Shown piece by piece: positions 17,010-26,160 of a DNA stretch of 52,165 nt. How positions within the stretch are numbered: position 1 is the stretch's first letter; each line of letters starts with the position of its first letter. The notes beneath the pieces are model-generated. The model was not told the origin of the DNA. It did no database searches and saw nothing but the letters and a program-made list of their open reading frames with translations. Origin of the DNA: a virus (taxonomy: Duplodnaviria > Caudoviricetes); the IMG/VR virus record IMGVR_UViG_3300032053_000109, positions 1 through 52,165 of that record; one strand, given 5' to 3'. The position numbers and the translations under genes are program-made.

Positions 17010-17981
17010 ATGATAGTATTATCCCATTCAAAAATAAGGTCTTGGAAAAGTTGTCCACAGAAGTTTTACTATCGAGAAGTAGAACAACTAGAACCAAGGT
17101 TATCACCACCAGCACTTCAACGAGGAAGTTTAATACACTCCATGATAGAATTTTATTATCTAAATAAGGATTGGAAAATACCCCTAAAAGAATTCAAGAA
17201 AATATGGGATGAACTTCTAGAGGAAGAACAAGACTATTATGGAGGAAACCTCCCCGAAGAAGCTGAACGCATGATGAAAGGATATATAAATAAGTATAAG
17301 GGTTATAAAGAAAAACCCTTACTAGTGGAATATAGTTTTAGGGATAATCCAATTGAAATAATACCAGGAATAGCTTTCAAAGGAGTTATTGACTTACTTC
17401 TTAAAAATGAGAAAGGCACCTGGTTGGTAGAACATAAAACTCACAAAAAGATTCCATCAGAAGAGGAAAGATTCCTAAATATGCAAACCGTTATCTATGT
17501 TCTAGTAGCACAGAAACTCGGATATAAAGTTGATGGCATACTGTGGAATTACATTAGAACTAAGCCCCCAACCATACCAAAAACTCTGGTAAAAGGCGGA
17601 CTTAGTAGAGCCAAAGATATTGATACCGATTATGATACTTATTATCAAGCTATTATTCAAGCTGGAGAAAACCCAGATGATTATAGAGAAGAACTTCAAA
17701 GAACCTCAAGAAATGAGTTTTATGTTAGAAAATACATGCCTCTATCTGATAGAGTTATACAAGGTGTAATTGCTGATATAAAAGTGGTTGCCTATCAGAT
17801 GGACAAACTAAAGAATTATCCCTTTAGAGCTCTTAATTCCATGACCTGTAGAATGTGTTCATACAAAAGCATTTGTCAGGCTGAGATGTTAGGATTGGAT
17901 TCTACCTTAATTAAGAAATTTGAATTTAAAATTATTGAGAGAAAGGATGATGTAAAAAGTGAAGAAGAGGACCAAGACTAG
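17010..17981 (+). CDS. PD-(D/E)XK RecB/Cas4-like exonuclease
   Basis: SHS....W..CP, GVIDLL, VEHKT, C-terminal CRMCSYKSIC. Confidence 0.85.
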   Translation: MIVLSHSKIRSWKSCPQKFYYREVEQLEPRLSPPALQRGSLIHSMIEFYYLNKDWKIPLKEFKKIWDELLEEEQDYYGGNLPEEAERMMKGYINKYKGYKEKPLLVEYSFRDNPIEIIPGIAFKGVIDLLLKNEKGTWLVEHKTHKKIPSEEERFLNMQTVIYVLVAQKLGYKVDGILWNYIRTKPPTIPKTLVKGGLSRAKDIDTDYDTYYQAIIQAGENPDDYREELQRTSRNEFYVRKYMPLSDRVIQGVIADIKVVAYQMDKLKNYPFRALNSMTCRMCSYKSICQAEMLGLDSTLIKKFEFKIIERKDDVKSEEEDQD

Positions 17982-18750
17982 AAGTTCCACAAGTTCTGAT
18001 ATCTCAGATAGATTCATTGATGTAAAAGAAATACCTGTTTATGTAAAGGCTTTAATCTATGGACCTTCAGGAACTGGAAAAACAACCTTCATGGGAAGTT
18101 TCCCCAAGCCCCTCCTCGTAATAGATTGCAGGGATATGGGAACCAAAAGTATTAGAACTGCCCCTGATACAAAGGTTCTATCTGTTACTTCATGGAATGA
18201 TATAGAGGAAGCTTATTGGTATCTAAAGAATAACCCCACCAAATTCAAATCAGTAATTTGGGATACTATAACCCAAGCACAAGACCTCTGCATGAAGAAA
18301 GTAAAGGGTCAAACTTTAGAATCCGCATCAGGTAAAACAACCCGAAATGCCTGGGGAGAAGTTGGAGAGATGATGAAAAGCTGGATTCTTCTATTCAGAG
18401 ACTTGGATATGCATGTTGGATTCACAGCTCAAGACCGTTTGAAAAGCAATGAAGAAGAAACTGAGGATGATATGATGGTTCCACAAGTTGGACCCTTTGC
18501 TTCTCCTTCTGTGGTAAAGATACTTAATGCCGCTGTAGATGTAATTGGTTATTCATTTATTCGAGAGATTGAGGTCAAGAAAACTAACCCCAAAACCAAA
18601 AAAATAAAAACCTCAATAGAAACACAATATTGTTTAAGAGTTGGACCCCATTCACGCTATATTACTAAGATTCGTAATGAAGCCGGCAAGGAATATCCAC
18701 ATATTGTAGTTAACGCTAAATATGATGATATATTAAAAATAATCCTATAG
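17959..18750 (+). CDS. AAA_24 / Sak4-like recombinase
   Basis: IYGPSGTGKTT, VIWDTIT, VDVIGY; between exonuclease and SSB. Confidence 0.82.
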   Translation: MKKRTKTRSSTSSDISDRFIDVKEIPVYVKALIYGPSGTGKTTFMGSFPKPLLVIDCRDMGTKSIRTAPDTKVLSVTSWNDIEEAYWYLKNNPTKFKSVIWDTITQAQDLCMKKVKGQTLESASGKTTRNAWGEVGEMMKSWILLFRDLDMHVGFTAQDRLKSNEEETEDDMMVPQVGPFASPSVVKILNAAVDVIGYSFIREIEVKKTNPKTKKIKTSIETQYCLRVGPHSRYITKIRNEAGKEYPHIVVNAKYDDILKIIL

Positions 18751-18762
18751 GAGGACGAAAAA

Positions 18763-19515
18763 ATGGCTAAGAAAGACAAATCAGTATCTAAAAGAATTGT
18801 AAAGGTGGACCTTTCACAGGTAGAAACTAAGCAAGTTTTACCCGAGGGAGATTACAAAGTATCAATAAGAGAAGTTTCTCAGGAAACCGGTGAATCATCT
18901 GGAAAAAGCTATCTTAAGTGGGTATTAGAAGTTGAATCCGGAACTCACAAAGGAGCTACTCTATATTATAATACTACCCTACAACCTCAGGCTCTATTCA
19001 GTTTGAAAAATATCCTATTAGCTTTAGGAGTTAGTATTCCAAAATCAATAATGAGTTTGGACCTCGATTCATTAGAAGGATTAGAAATGATGGTAGGAGT
19101 AGGACAAGAGATTTACGATGGTAAGAAGAAAAATGAAATTATTGATACTTATCCTTTAGCTGAAGATGGAGAATCTGAGGAAGAGGATGAAGAGGATGAA
19201 GAGGAAGAAGAGGAAGAGGGGGAAGATGATAAATCTGTTGATTACTCTGAACTTTCTAAGGATGAATTAAAAGCTTTATGCAAAGAACGTGGAATTAAAT
19301 TGGCTAAGAAAACTAAATTAGCTGAGATGGTCAAATTATTAGAAGCCTCTGATGAAACTGAGGACTCTGAGGATGATGAAGAAGAGGGACCTGACTACTC
19401 AGCTTTAACTTTGGAAGAACTGCAAGATGAGATAGCTGATAGGAAACTTAAGGCCCCAAAGAAACCAACTATCGAAAAACTCATTGCTATATTGGAAGAA
19501 GATGACGAGGAATAA
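18763..19515 (+). CDS. DUF669-like single-stranded DNA-binding protein with two HeH/SAP-like repeats
   Basis: LPEGDY, YLKW, acidic tracts; DYSELSKDELKALCKERGI and DYSALTLEELQDEIADRKL. Confidence 0.75.
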   Translation: MAKKDKSVSKRIVKVDLSQVETKQVLPEGDYKVSIREVSQETGESSGKSYLKWVLEVESGTHKGATLYYNTTLQPQALFSLKNILLALGVSIPKSIMSLDLDSLEGLEMMVGVGQEIYDGKKKNEIIDTYPLAEDGESEEEDEEDEEEEEEEGEDDKSVDYSELSKDELKALCKERGIKLAKKTKLAEMVKLLEASDETEDSEDDEEEGPDYSALTLEELQDEIADRKLKAPKKPTIEKLIAILEEDDEE

Positions 19516-19559
19516 ATTTGATAAGGCCTTCGGGCCTTCCTCCTTGGGGGTTTATAATT

Positions 19560-19844
19560 ATGTTGGAATCAACATTGGTTAAAAATATTATAAAAGCCTT
19601 AAATAAACATACCCAGAAAAGATCTCTATGGATTAAAATTCATGGAGGTCCTTTTCAAGTGGCTGGATTGCCTGACATAATAGGTCTTTATAAAGGAACA
19701 TTTTATGGATTTGAAGTAAAATGCCCAGGTAAAGAAGATACCCTTACACCACTACAAAAACATTTTATTAAGAAAATTAATGACTCTGGAGGTATAGCCA
19801 GAATGGTTGTTTCTGTGGATGAAACTATCAAGTCCCTAAAATAG
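19560..19844 (+). CDS. VRR-NUC / Holliday junction resolvase-like nuclease (start revised)
   Basis: MLES...KIHG.....GLPDII......GFEVK.....TPLQ. Confidence 0.82.
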   Translation: MLESTLVKNIIKALNKHTQKRSLWIKIHGGPFQVAGLPDIIGLYKGTFYGFEVKCPGKEDTLTPLQKHFIKKINDSGGIARMVVSVDETIKSLK

Positions 19845-19917
19845 TTAAATTATTTTTAAAATACCCATTTACTTTAAGCATTTATTGTCTTATGATATTA
19901 TAGAGGTGATATATTAA

Positions 19918-21879
19918 ATGGTAACTGTGAAGAACGCACTAAAGGAAATGCTTGAAGACTGCGATGGAGCTTCAACCCAAGATAAAGTGGGATTCAATAA
20001 ATTTGACTCTCAAATTGTTAGAAGCATATTTAATCAGGATGCATGGACCTTCAAACAAGAACAGTTGGTTCTAAAAATCTTGAAGAAATACCATAAACAA
20101 TTATCCCGTAAAGGAATATCTTATGATGAACTCATCTGTGAGAACAAGGAAATTCCTATTGAGGGTACTACCATACCAACTTTCTTACCCTATTTAGACT
20201 ACAAAGAAGGCAAATTTACTCTAAAAATTTCCATTGAAAATAAGGATTTGGCCAAAAATTTACCCAATGCAAGGTGGATAGCTTCTGAACGCATTTGGCG
20301 CTACCTTAATACGATTGAATTTGTAACTAGTATAATTCCTATTAAGGACCTAGTTGAGATCTCTGAATCGGCTAGAAAACAACTCAATTCTACCTATAAA
20401 AAACATGTAGATGGAATTAAAAATCAAGAATCTAAAAATATTAAAATTTCACAGGTGCAAGAAATTAAGAAGAGTTCCTCAGTATCAGGAACTTTACCCA
20501 TAAAATCCAAGGCCTATGACCATCAAATAAAGGCATTTAATATTGGAATGTCTTTGGATAAAGCCGGATTATTAATGGAACAGGGAACAGGTAAAACATT
20601 ACCCGCCATAGGAATTGCTGGAGCTAGATTTCTAAATGGCCAAGTAAAAAAATTACTCATAATAGCCCCTCTTTCGGTATTATCTGAATGGAAGAGACAA
20701 TTTAGAGAACATGCAAATTTTAATTATGATTGCCTGATATTGGGAGGATTAAAAAATAAAGAGGAGGAGTTAAAAGGTTATAAACCAGATCCCTCTTCAT
20801 TACAAATCGTTCTTGTTAATTATGAATCTTCCTGGAGACTAGAAAAAGCTCTCAGAGAATGGAAACCCGACATGATTATCTGTGATGAAAGCCAGAAGAT
20901 AAAAAACTCTAGGTCTAAACAGGGTAAGGGTATAAAAAATATAGGGGAGAAAACACCCTATAAGCTAATCCTTACTGGAACACCCGTCTCACAGAGTCCC
21001 TTGGATTTCTTTGGTCAATACCTATTTCTAGACCATGAGATATTGGGTAAAAGTTACCCCAAGTTTCGTAATGAATACGCCACCATGGGAGGCTGGATGG
21101 GGAAAGAGATAACTGGATATAAGAACTTAGAACAACTCTGTCAAAAGGTTCATAGTATAGCCTACCGTGTAACAAAGAAGGATGCTTTAGAACTACCTGA
21201 TACTATAGATCAAATACTTTATTCTAAGCTAGAACCTTCCACTATGAAAATGTATAAGGAAATGAAGAAGGAAGCCCAATTGTTACTAGAGGGTGGAGAA
21301 ATTACAGCTCCATTAATGTTAACTCGTATACTCAGACTTCAACAAATAACTGGGGGATTCATTAAAACGGATGAAGGTAATTTAGTACAGGTTAGTGATT
21401 CAAAATTAAAGGTTCTGGAGGACAAGATTGAAGATTTAGTAGAATCAGGAAAGAAGGTAGTAATATTTGCTAGGTTTATACCCGAGATTGATGCAATCTC
21501 AAACATCATGAAGAGAATGAAAATAAAATCCCATATACTAAAAGGTGGGGTATCGCAGCAGGACCGAGAATCTATGATAAATAATTTTCAAAATGATAAT
21601 GAATCCAAAGTATTTATAGCACAGATATCCACAGGAGGGGTAGGTATAACTCTTACGGCCGCTGACACCGCCATATTCTACTCTGTGGATTTTAGTTTAA
21701 CCAATCATGAACAAGCCAAGGCTAGAATACATCGTATAGGGCAGGATAAGAAGGTTACCTATATTCATATATTATCCGAGGGAACCATCGATGAACATAT
21801 ATTGGAGGTTCTACAAAGTAAACGAGACGTAGCAAAGATGGTAGTTGATGATCTAAAGAATATACTTACACATAATTAA
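19918..21879 (+). CDS. SNF2-family helicase
   Basis: MEQGTGKT, CDESQ, LTGTP, GVGITLTAA, QAKARIHRIGQ. Confidence 0.92.
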   Translation: MVTVKNALKEMLEDCDGASTQDKVGFNKFDSQIVRSIFNQDAWTFKQEQLVLKILKKYHKQLSRKGISYDELICENKEIPIEGTTIPTFLPYLDYKEGKFTLKISIENKDLAKNLPNARWIASERIWRYLNTIEFVTSIIPIKDLVEISESARKQLNSTYKKHVDGIKNQESKNIKISQVQEIKKSSSVSGTLPIKSKAYDHQIKAFNIGMSLDKAGLLMEQGTGKTLPAIGIAGARFLNGQVKKLLIIAPLSVLSEWKRQFREHANFNYDCLILGGLKNKEEELKGYKPDPSSLQIVLVNYESSWRLEKALREWKPDMIICDESQKIKNSRSKQGKGIKNIGEKTPYKLILTGTPVSQSPLDFFGQYLFLDHEILGKSYPKFRNEYATMGGWMGKEITGYKNLEQLCQKVHSIAYRVTKKDALELPDTIDQILYSKLEPSTMKMYKEMKKEAQLLLEGGEITAPLMLTRILRLQQITGGFIKTDEGNLVQVSDSKLKVLEDKIEDLVESGKKVVIFARFIPEIDAISNIMKRMKIKSHILKGGVSQQDRESMINNFQNDNESKVFIAQISTGGVGITLTAADTAIFYSVDFSLTNHEQAKARIHRIGQDKKVTYIHILSEGTIDEHILEVLQSKRDVAKMVVDDLKNILTHN

Positions 21880-21893
21880 AGGAGGAAGAATTT

Positions 21894-22325
21894 ATGGCTA
21901 AGTTACCAAAGGAAGTTGAAAAGGCAATTGGAAAATCTCAAAGAAGTACCGAGGTATTTGATTTGGAGTTACAAAGGTTAATGAATGAAATTGAAGAGGA
22001 ATTAAAAAACTCACCCCAAGAGGATATGGCTCCCTGGGAGGATAATACGCCAAAGAATACAAAAAAAGTCAAAGAATTACCCGAAAAGAAAGTTAAGAAT
22101 AAAGAGAAGGCTTCCGTGGCTCCAGAAAAGGCCAAGATTCCTAAGAAGGAACCTAAAGAGGGTGAAACTATGATAACTCTAAAAGAACTTTCCTCTGAGT
22201 TGGGGATGGATGCCAAGAAGATAAGAAAATGGCTTAGAAATAATATGGAAGCTAGGTCTGAAGGACGTTGGGAATGGTCCGCTAATGACCCTGAATTAGA
22301 TAAGATTAGAAAATCCATTAAATAA
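21894..22325 (+). CDS. Putative winged-HTH DNA-binding protein
   Basis: ITLKELSSELGMDAKKIRKWLRN....GRWEW. Confidence 0.65.
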   Translation: MAKLPKEVEKAIGKSQRSTEVFDLELQRLMNEIEEELKNSPQEDMAPWEDNTPKNTKKVKELPEKKVKNKEKASVAPEKAKIPKKEPKEGETMITLKELSSELGMDAKKIRKWLRNNMEARSEGRWEWSANDPELDKIRKSIK

Positions 22326-22334
22326 TATAAAAAT

Positions 22335-22406
22335 CTTTGGGATAAACCATTTACAATTCGCTCATAATATCTTATGATTAAAAGGTACCAATTAAATATT
22401 AGGAGG
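22335..22406 (+). repeat. Diverged third copy of the early promoter+RBS repeat
   Basis: CTTTGGGATAAAcCATTTACA-N17-TATGAT...AGGAGG matches the reverse complement of 1441..1509. Confidence 0.75.
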
Positions 22407-22414
22407 AACAGAAA

Positions 22415-22624
22415 ATGACCATAGAAGGATTTTCAATAAAAAGAGGTAATGGCACCATAAAAGTACAAGCTGAAGGATATGCAGAACAGGTATGTTACAC
22501 AATGGAGGAAGTCGGAGAATACCTATATAACATGGCACCTAATAACGACATTGGTAATAGAGCCTGTCAAAAATTCGCTAAGCACATGGGAATGAATTAT
22601 AGTAATAAACCTTTTCTAAAATAG
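22415..22624 (+). CDS. Hypothetical protein (stand-alone cassette)
   Basis: ORF with own promoter, RBS and terminator. Confidence 0.7.
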   Translation: MTIEGFSIKRGNGTIKVQAEGYAEQVCYTMEEVGEYLYNMAPNNDIGNRACQKFAKHMGMNYSNKPFLK

Positions 22625-22637
22625 TATAAGCTAAGAT

Positions 22638-22666
22638 AAGCCACCCCAATATGGAGTGGCTTTTCT
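22638..22666. terminator. Terminator at the convergence of the two arms
   Basis: AAGCCACcCCA-ata-TGGaGTGGCTT then TT. Confidence 0.7.
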
Positions 22667-22673
22667 CAGTGTT

Positions 22674-23366
22674 TTAGCAAATAATCTTTCTAGCCAAATT
22701 CTTTATTAGTTCTGCCACAAATAATGGGTCAGGTTGACTTCCTGCAACCGTATGGTCTAACCAATACTTAGAATCAAGAAGAGGCTTTCCATCAGCTTTA
22801 GTGTAACTTGATAATATTTGAATATCACTTTTGAGCTGTACATCTTCAGTCATTTTAGGAACCCCCATCTCATTAATTAATTCTTGTACCCCATCTCTAA
22901 AGTCATCCACGGTCTTGCCAAATTTTATAAAATAGCTAATAGGGTCTTGATGGTCTGTTTCTTTCCATTTGTCAGATACTTCCGCATGTGACATGAGATT
23001 ATCTTTTGTGACCGTTAAAATCTTACTATTGAAAAACAAATAAGCCGTAAGCCATGTGGAGCGTTTCCAAATCTCATTGAATCGTATAAGGCTATTAGTA
23101 TGGCACATTTCAATTCCCCAAAATTTCCTATTTGCTGTGTGTCCCGCATGCCATGAAATTTCTGACCAAGGAATACATTGAGTTATACTGTCATGGTCAA
23201 TAAAAGCATGTGCAGAAGCTCCCCTATATGAATCATTAAAATATTTCCATTCACTTTCATCAGAATCATTTGGACTAGCTGTTTCATGTATTACTACCCC
23301 AATTGATTTTAGGGTTTCTCCTGACCGATTTTTACCAATATATCTTTGGATTATTTCATAGAGCAT
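22674..23366 (-). CDS. Endolysin, N-acetylmuramoyl-L-alanine amidase (Amidase_2)
   Basis: VIHETA, SAHAF, WHAG, GIEMC, SH, DHQDP. Confidence 0.9.
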   Translation of the reverse strand: MLYEIIQRYIGKNRSGETLKSIGVVIHETASPNDSDESEWKYFNDSYRGASAHAFIDHDSITQCIPWSEISWHAGHTANRKFWGIEMCHTNSLIRFNEIWKRSTWLTAYLFFNSKILTVTKDNLMSHAEVSDKWKETDHQDPISYFIKFGKTVDDFRDGVQELINEMGVPKMTEDVQLKSDIQILSSYTKADGKPLLDSKYWLDHTVAGSQPDPLFVAELIKNLARKIIC

Positions 23367-23608
23367 TATTTTTCACCCTCCTTGACAACACACCTTTCAA
23401 CTGTACATAGACGTTGGTTGATATTTTCCAAGGTATCAGTAACTTTATCCAGATGAGCAAGTAGTCTCTCCTGGAGTTCTTTACTATCTAGACGAATCTG
23501 TTCCTCTCTACGTTTGCTATCTTCTCTCATGTCGTTATAAAGCTTGTATGCCCATCCTGCAAATATTGCTGCTATTCCCAATTGTGGTACTAATTCTGAT
23601 AAGTCCAT
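23366..23608 (-). CDS. Holin, BhlA/UviB-like (start revised)
   Basis: One N-terminal TM segment then SKRREEQ coiled coil; abuts endolysin. Confidence 0.75.
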   Translation of the reverse strand: MDLSELVPQLGIAAIFAGWAYKLYNDMREDSKRREEQIRLDSKELQERLLAHLDKVTDTLENINQRLCTVERCVVKEGEK

Positions 23609-23628
23609 TTGATAACCCCCTATAAATT

Positions 23629-24018
23629 TTATAATTCTTGTAATTGTTGACATAACAATTTTTTATCGTTGAACCTTTGAAGTGTATCCTTGTGCAAATC
23701 GGCATCAGTTAGTACGCCTTTAGCTTTAAGCACCTTAAACAAATCTTCTGCGTCTCTGGATGATTTTCTATCGAGTGCATCCAACTGCTCTTGTATTTTG
23801 ACAACATCTTTAGCAATTTCATCAGGATGCTTTTTGGTACACTTGCCATTTTTGTAGTAGATAGCATCTACAGGAACACTCTCAACCTCAACCACATCCA
23901 CCATGTCAAGCTGAATAAGACTTCCACCGCTCATGCGTACCCAACTAATATCAACTATCTCCTTGCTTTGAAGTGTATCAACGATACAGTGATTATTTTT
24001 ATTGACTATAATATACAT
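23629..24018 (-). CDS. Tail-fibre-associated/assembly protein
   Basis: Position after receptor-binding gene; RBS GGAGG. Confidence 0.55.
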   Translation of the reverse strand: MYIIVNKNNHCIVDTLQSKEIVDISWVRMSGGSLIQLDMVDVVEVESVPVDAIYYKNGKCTKKHPDEIAKDVVKIQEQLDALDRKSSRDAEDLFKVLKAKGVLTDADLHKDTLQRFNDKKLLCQQLQEL

Positions 24019-24031
24019 TATTTGTTACCTC

Positions 24032-25582
24032 CTATGCTGTTCTCTTTAGTCCAAATACTGTACACGAGCCTCTGACCGGAAAAGCATGTTGATTTGTATC
24101 AATGCTAGCATACAGCGATTGTCCAGCCGTCAATATTATTGGTTCGTTAGACATGCCAATTCGTACTGATTCTGCTGTGGCTGGCGATGATGCTGTTTGA
24201 TTTACTATATTTGATGTTGAGTACATCTTATTATTTGCAAGAGTGCCATTGTAATATAGGCTACCAGTATGGTCAATTGCTATGTCTGTAGTCATAAAAA
24301 ACCCACTCATGTTGCTTTTCAAATACAAACTACTAATTTCAATTTGTTCTCCTACGCCTGCCGTTGCTACTTTTACGCACATTGAAGCTTGGTTTAATAC
24401 GTTATAATTTTGTGTTAACATACCGCACACAAACTGATTGTTGTATTGAGACAGATAGCTAAATGTTAATTCACCAGTTTTTGTAAATGTTATATTAACT
24501 AGTGTATCGGTCTTTCTTGTTGGGTAATTGTATTTTTGTGTTGCTATTTGTATATCCAACACTGCTCCAAATGTAATAACTGTACTTGCTACACTCCCAA
24601 CACTAGCCCCAACACCTACTGCTGTACCTGAGTTATTGCTACCGCTTACGGCAAACAATGTGCTTGATATAATTGCTACTCTTGGCACTCTCGCAGCATA
24701 ATTGTTGCCATCAAAAGTATACTCACTTGCTCCTGCGGTAATTGTTGTAGTAGATATAGTACCTATCTGTGCATTGCCACAGTTACTAGCTGTTACGTCA
24801 GTATAAGCTAAAACAAAAGCCGTAGCTGATAATGCACCAATACTTGGATAGCGTATATCAGCACTACCACCAAATGCTGCCAATCCTGCCGTATTAGGAG
24901 TTATTGTTGTAGTAGACAAAGACAAGGTAACAACTTGTGTTACTGTAGCCGATACCCTATATACCACACTAGCAAGAGTGGCAGAATGTATACACACCTG
25001 ATTTAGAGAAATATATCCTGTAATGTCTGTTGTCGCCTTAAAAATCGCTTCCGCTCCAAGTGTTATATTGTTTATATCTGTTGTTACAGCCACGATACAC
25101 TGTCCATTCGTAGTAGTATTAGCATAAGCAATTAACACCTTTTCAGTATCCCATAATTGAGCACCAATTGGAGTGCAAGTTGAAGCATCCTTAAACTCTT
25201 TTTCTGTTCCAAGCGTTGGCACTGTTCCTGCTACGGTGCCTGCTATTATGTAACCATCATCATCCCCAGCATGAACATATACTATTGCGAATTTTGTGTC
25301 AGATATTCTAACAGGTATAATATGTTTTACCAAACCATTGTAAAATTGTACTGCTGTACCCCATTCAATGCAAAAATCCGATACTCTCGTGCCAAATTGC
25401 ACCATACCCTTTGCGTTTGTCACATCATTATAAACCGCCATTATCACCGTTGACGACAATTCGCAATGGTTAGCGTATGTTGCTTGATTGATTACATCCT
25501 CGTGTATTACGCTTGCAATGCCTGGTATTTCTACTTGATTGCTATATGCTTCTTTGTGCGCAAAACTGTCTAAATAGGCCAT
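24032..25582 (-). CDS. Putative receptor-binding/tail protein with beta-propeller-like repeats
   Basis: Repeats ISDTKFAIVY, DTEKVLIAY, SATLASVVY, SATAFVLAY, SSTLFAVSG; last large tail gene. Confidence 0.65.
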   Translation of the reverse strand: MAYLDSFAHKEAYSNQVEIPGIASVIHEDVINQATYANHCELSSTVIMAVYNDVTNAKGMVQFGTRVSDFCIEWGTAVQFYNGLVKHIIPVRISDTKFAIVYVHAGDDDGYIIAGTVAGTVPTLGTEKEFKDASTCTPIGAQLWDTEKVLIAYANTTTNGQCIVAVTTDINNITLGAEAIFKATTDITGYISLNQVCIHSATLASVVYRVSATVTQVVTLSLSTTTITPNTAGLAAFGGSADIRYPSIGALSATAFVLAYTDVTASNCGNAQIGTISTTTITAGASEYTFDGNNYAARVPRVAIISSTLFAVSGSNNSGTAVGVGASVGSVASTVITFGAVLDIQIATQKYNYPTRKTDTLVNITFTKTGELTFSYLSQYNNQFVCGMLTQNYNVLNQASMCVKVATAGVGEQIEISSLYLKSNMSGFFMTTDIAIDHTGSLYYNGTLANNKMYSTSNIVNQTASSPATAESVRIGMSNEPIILTAGQSLYASIDTNQHAFPVRGSCTVFGLKRTA

Positions 25583-25803
25583 TAAAATATACCTCCTAAC
25601 GCTATAGCGTCTAAATCTTGAATAGCCCTAAAAGCATCATAAATACCTTGCTCTATATGATTCATATTAGTAGAACTTAGAGCAGTTCCTGCAGCCGTTC
25701 CAATATAAACTAATTTTATATCTGCTGTTACAATTGCACTTGCTTGGGTTTTTATATCATACCTATTATCTCCATCTACCCATACAGTTTTTACATAACT
25801 CAT
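25582..25803 (-). CDS. Small tail/baseplate protein
   Basis: YVKTVWVD...GT.LSS.NMNHIEQGI motif typical of baseplate/fibre N-termini. Confidence 0.65.
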   Translation of the reverse strand: MSYVKTVWVDGDNRYDIKTQASAIVTADIKLVYIGTAAGTALSSTNMNHIEQGIYDAFRAIQDLDAIALGGIF

Positions 25804-25815
25804 AAATTTCCTCCT

Positions 25816-26148
25816 TTATACTAGTTCTACAGTCCATACGATTGTTAGAGATTGTGACAAGGTTTTTGTTAATGCAAGAACTTGATTTGCAAAGGCTGTT
25901 CCAGAATCTAAGGTAGGGGAAGACCCATTACCCTCAAGCTCTACTCCTACTATGGTATCATTACCCTCTAATTCTGAAAAGAAAAATATAAATTGATACT
26001 TTGAAGATGATATGGGTGTAACCGATTCATAGGTCTTTCTTAAGTATTCTCCTCCTGAATTAAGTAAGGCTATATGAGCAATACTATCAAGAGAAGCGGT
26101 AACTGCTGCAGATAGCACCAGAGCATTCGCTGCTGCTGTAATTGACAT
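25816..26148 (-). CDS. Tail tip/baseplate protein
   Basis: Synteny; KT..QSLTIVW motif. Confidence 0.6.
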   Translation of the reverse strand: MSITAAANALVLSAAVTASLDSIAHIALLNSGGEYLRKTYESVTPISSSKYQFIFFFSELEGNDTIVGVELEGNGSSPTLDSGTAFANQVLALTKTLSQSLTIVWTVELV

Positions 26149-26160
26149 TTATATCCCTCC

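Noticed and set aside
17010-17981. Cas4-like nuclease as a CRISPR component
   Set aside because: It lies in the standard exonuclease-Sak4-SSB recombination module.
9811-22325. Apparent CpG scarcity as evidence of DNA modification
   Set aside because: Judged only by eye, and CpG depletion is common in low-GC Bacillota and their phages.
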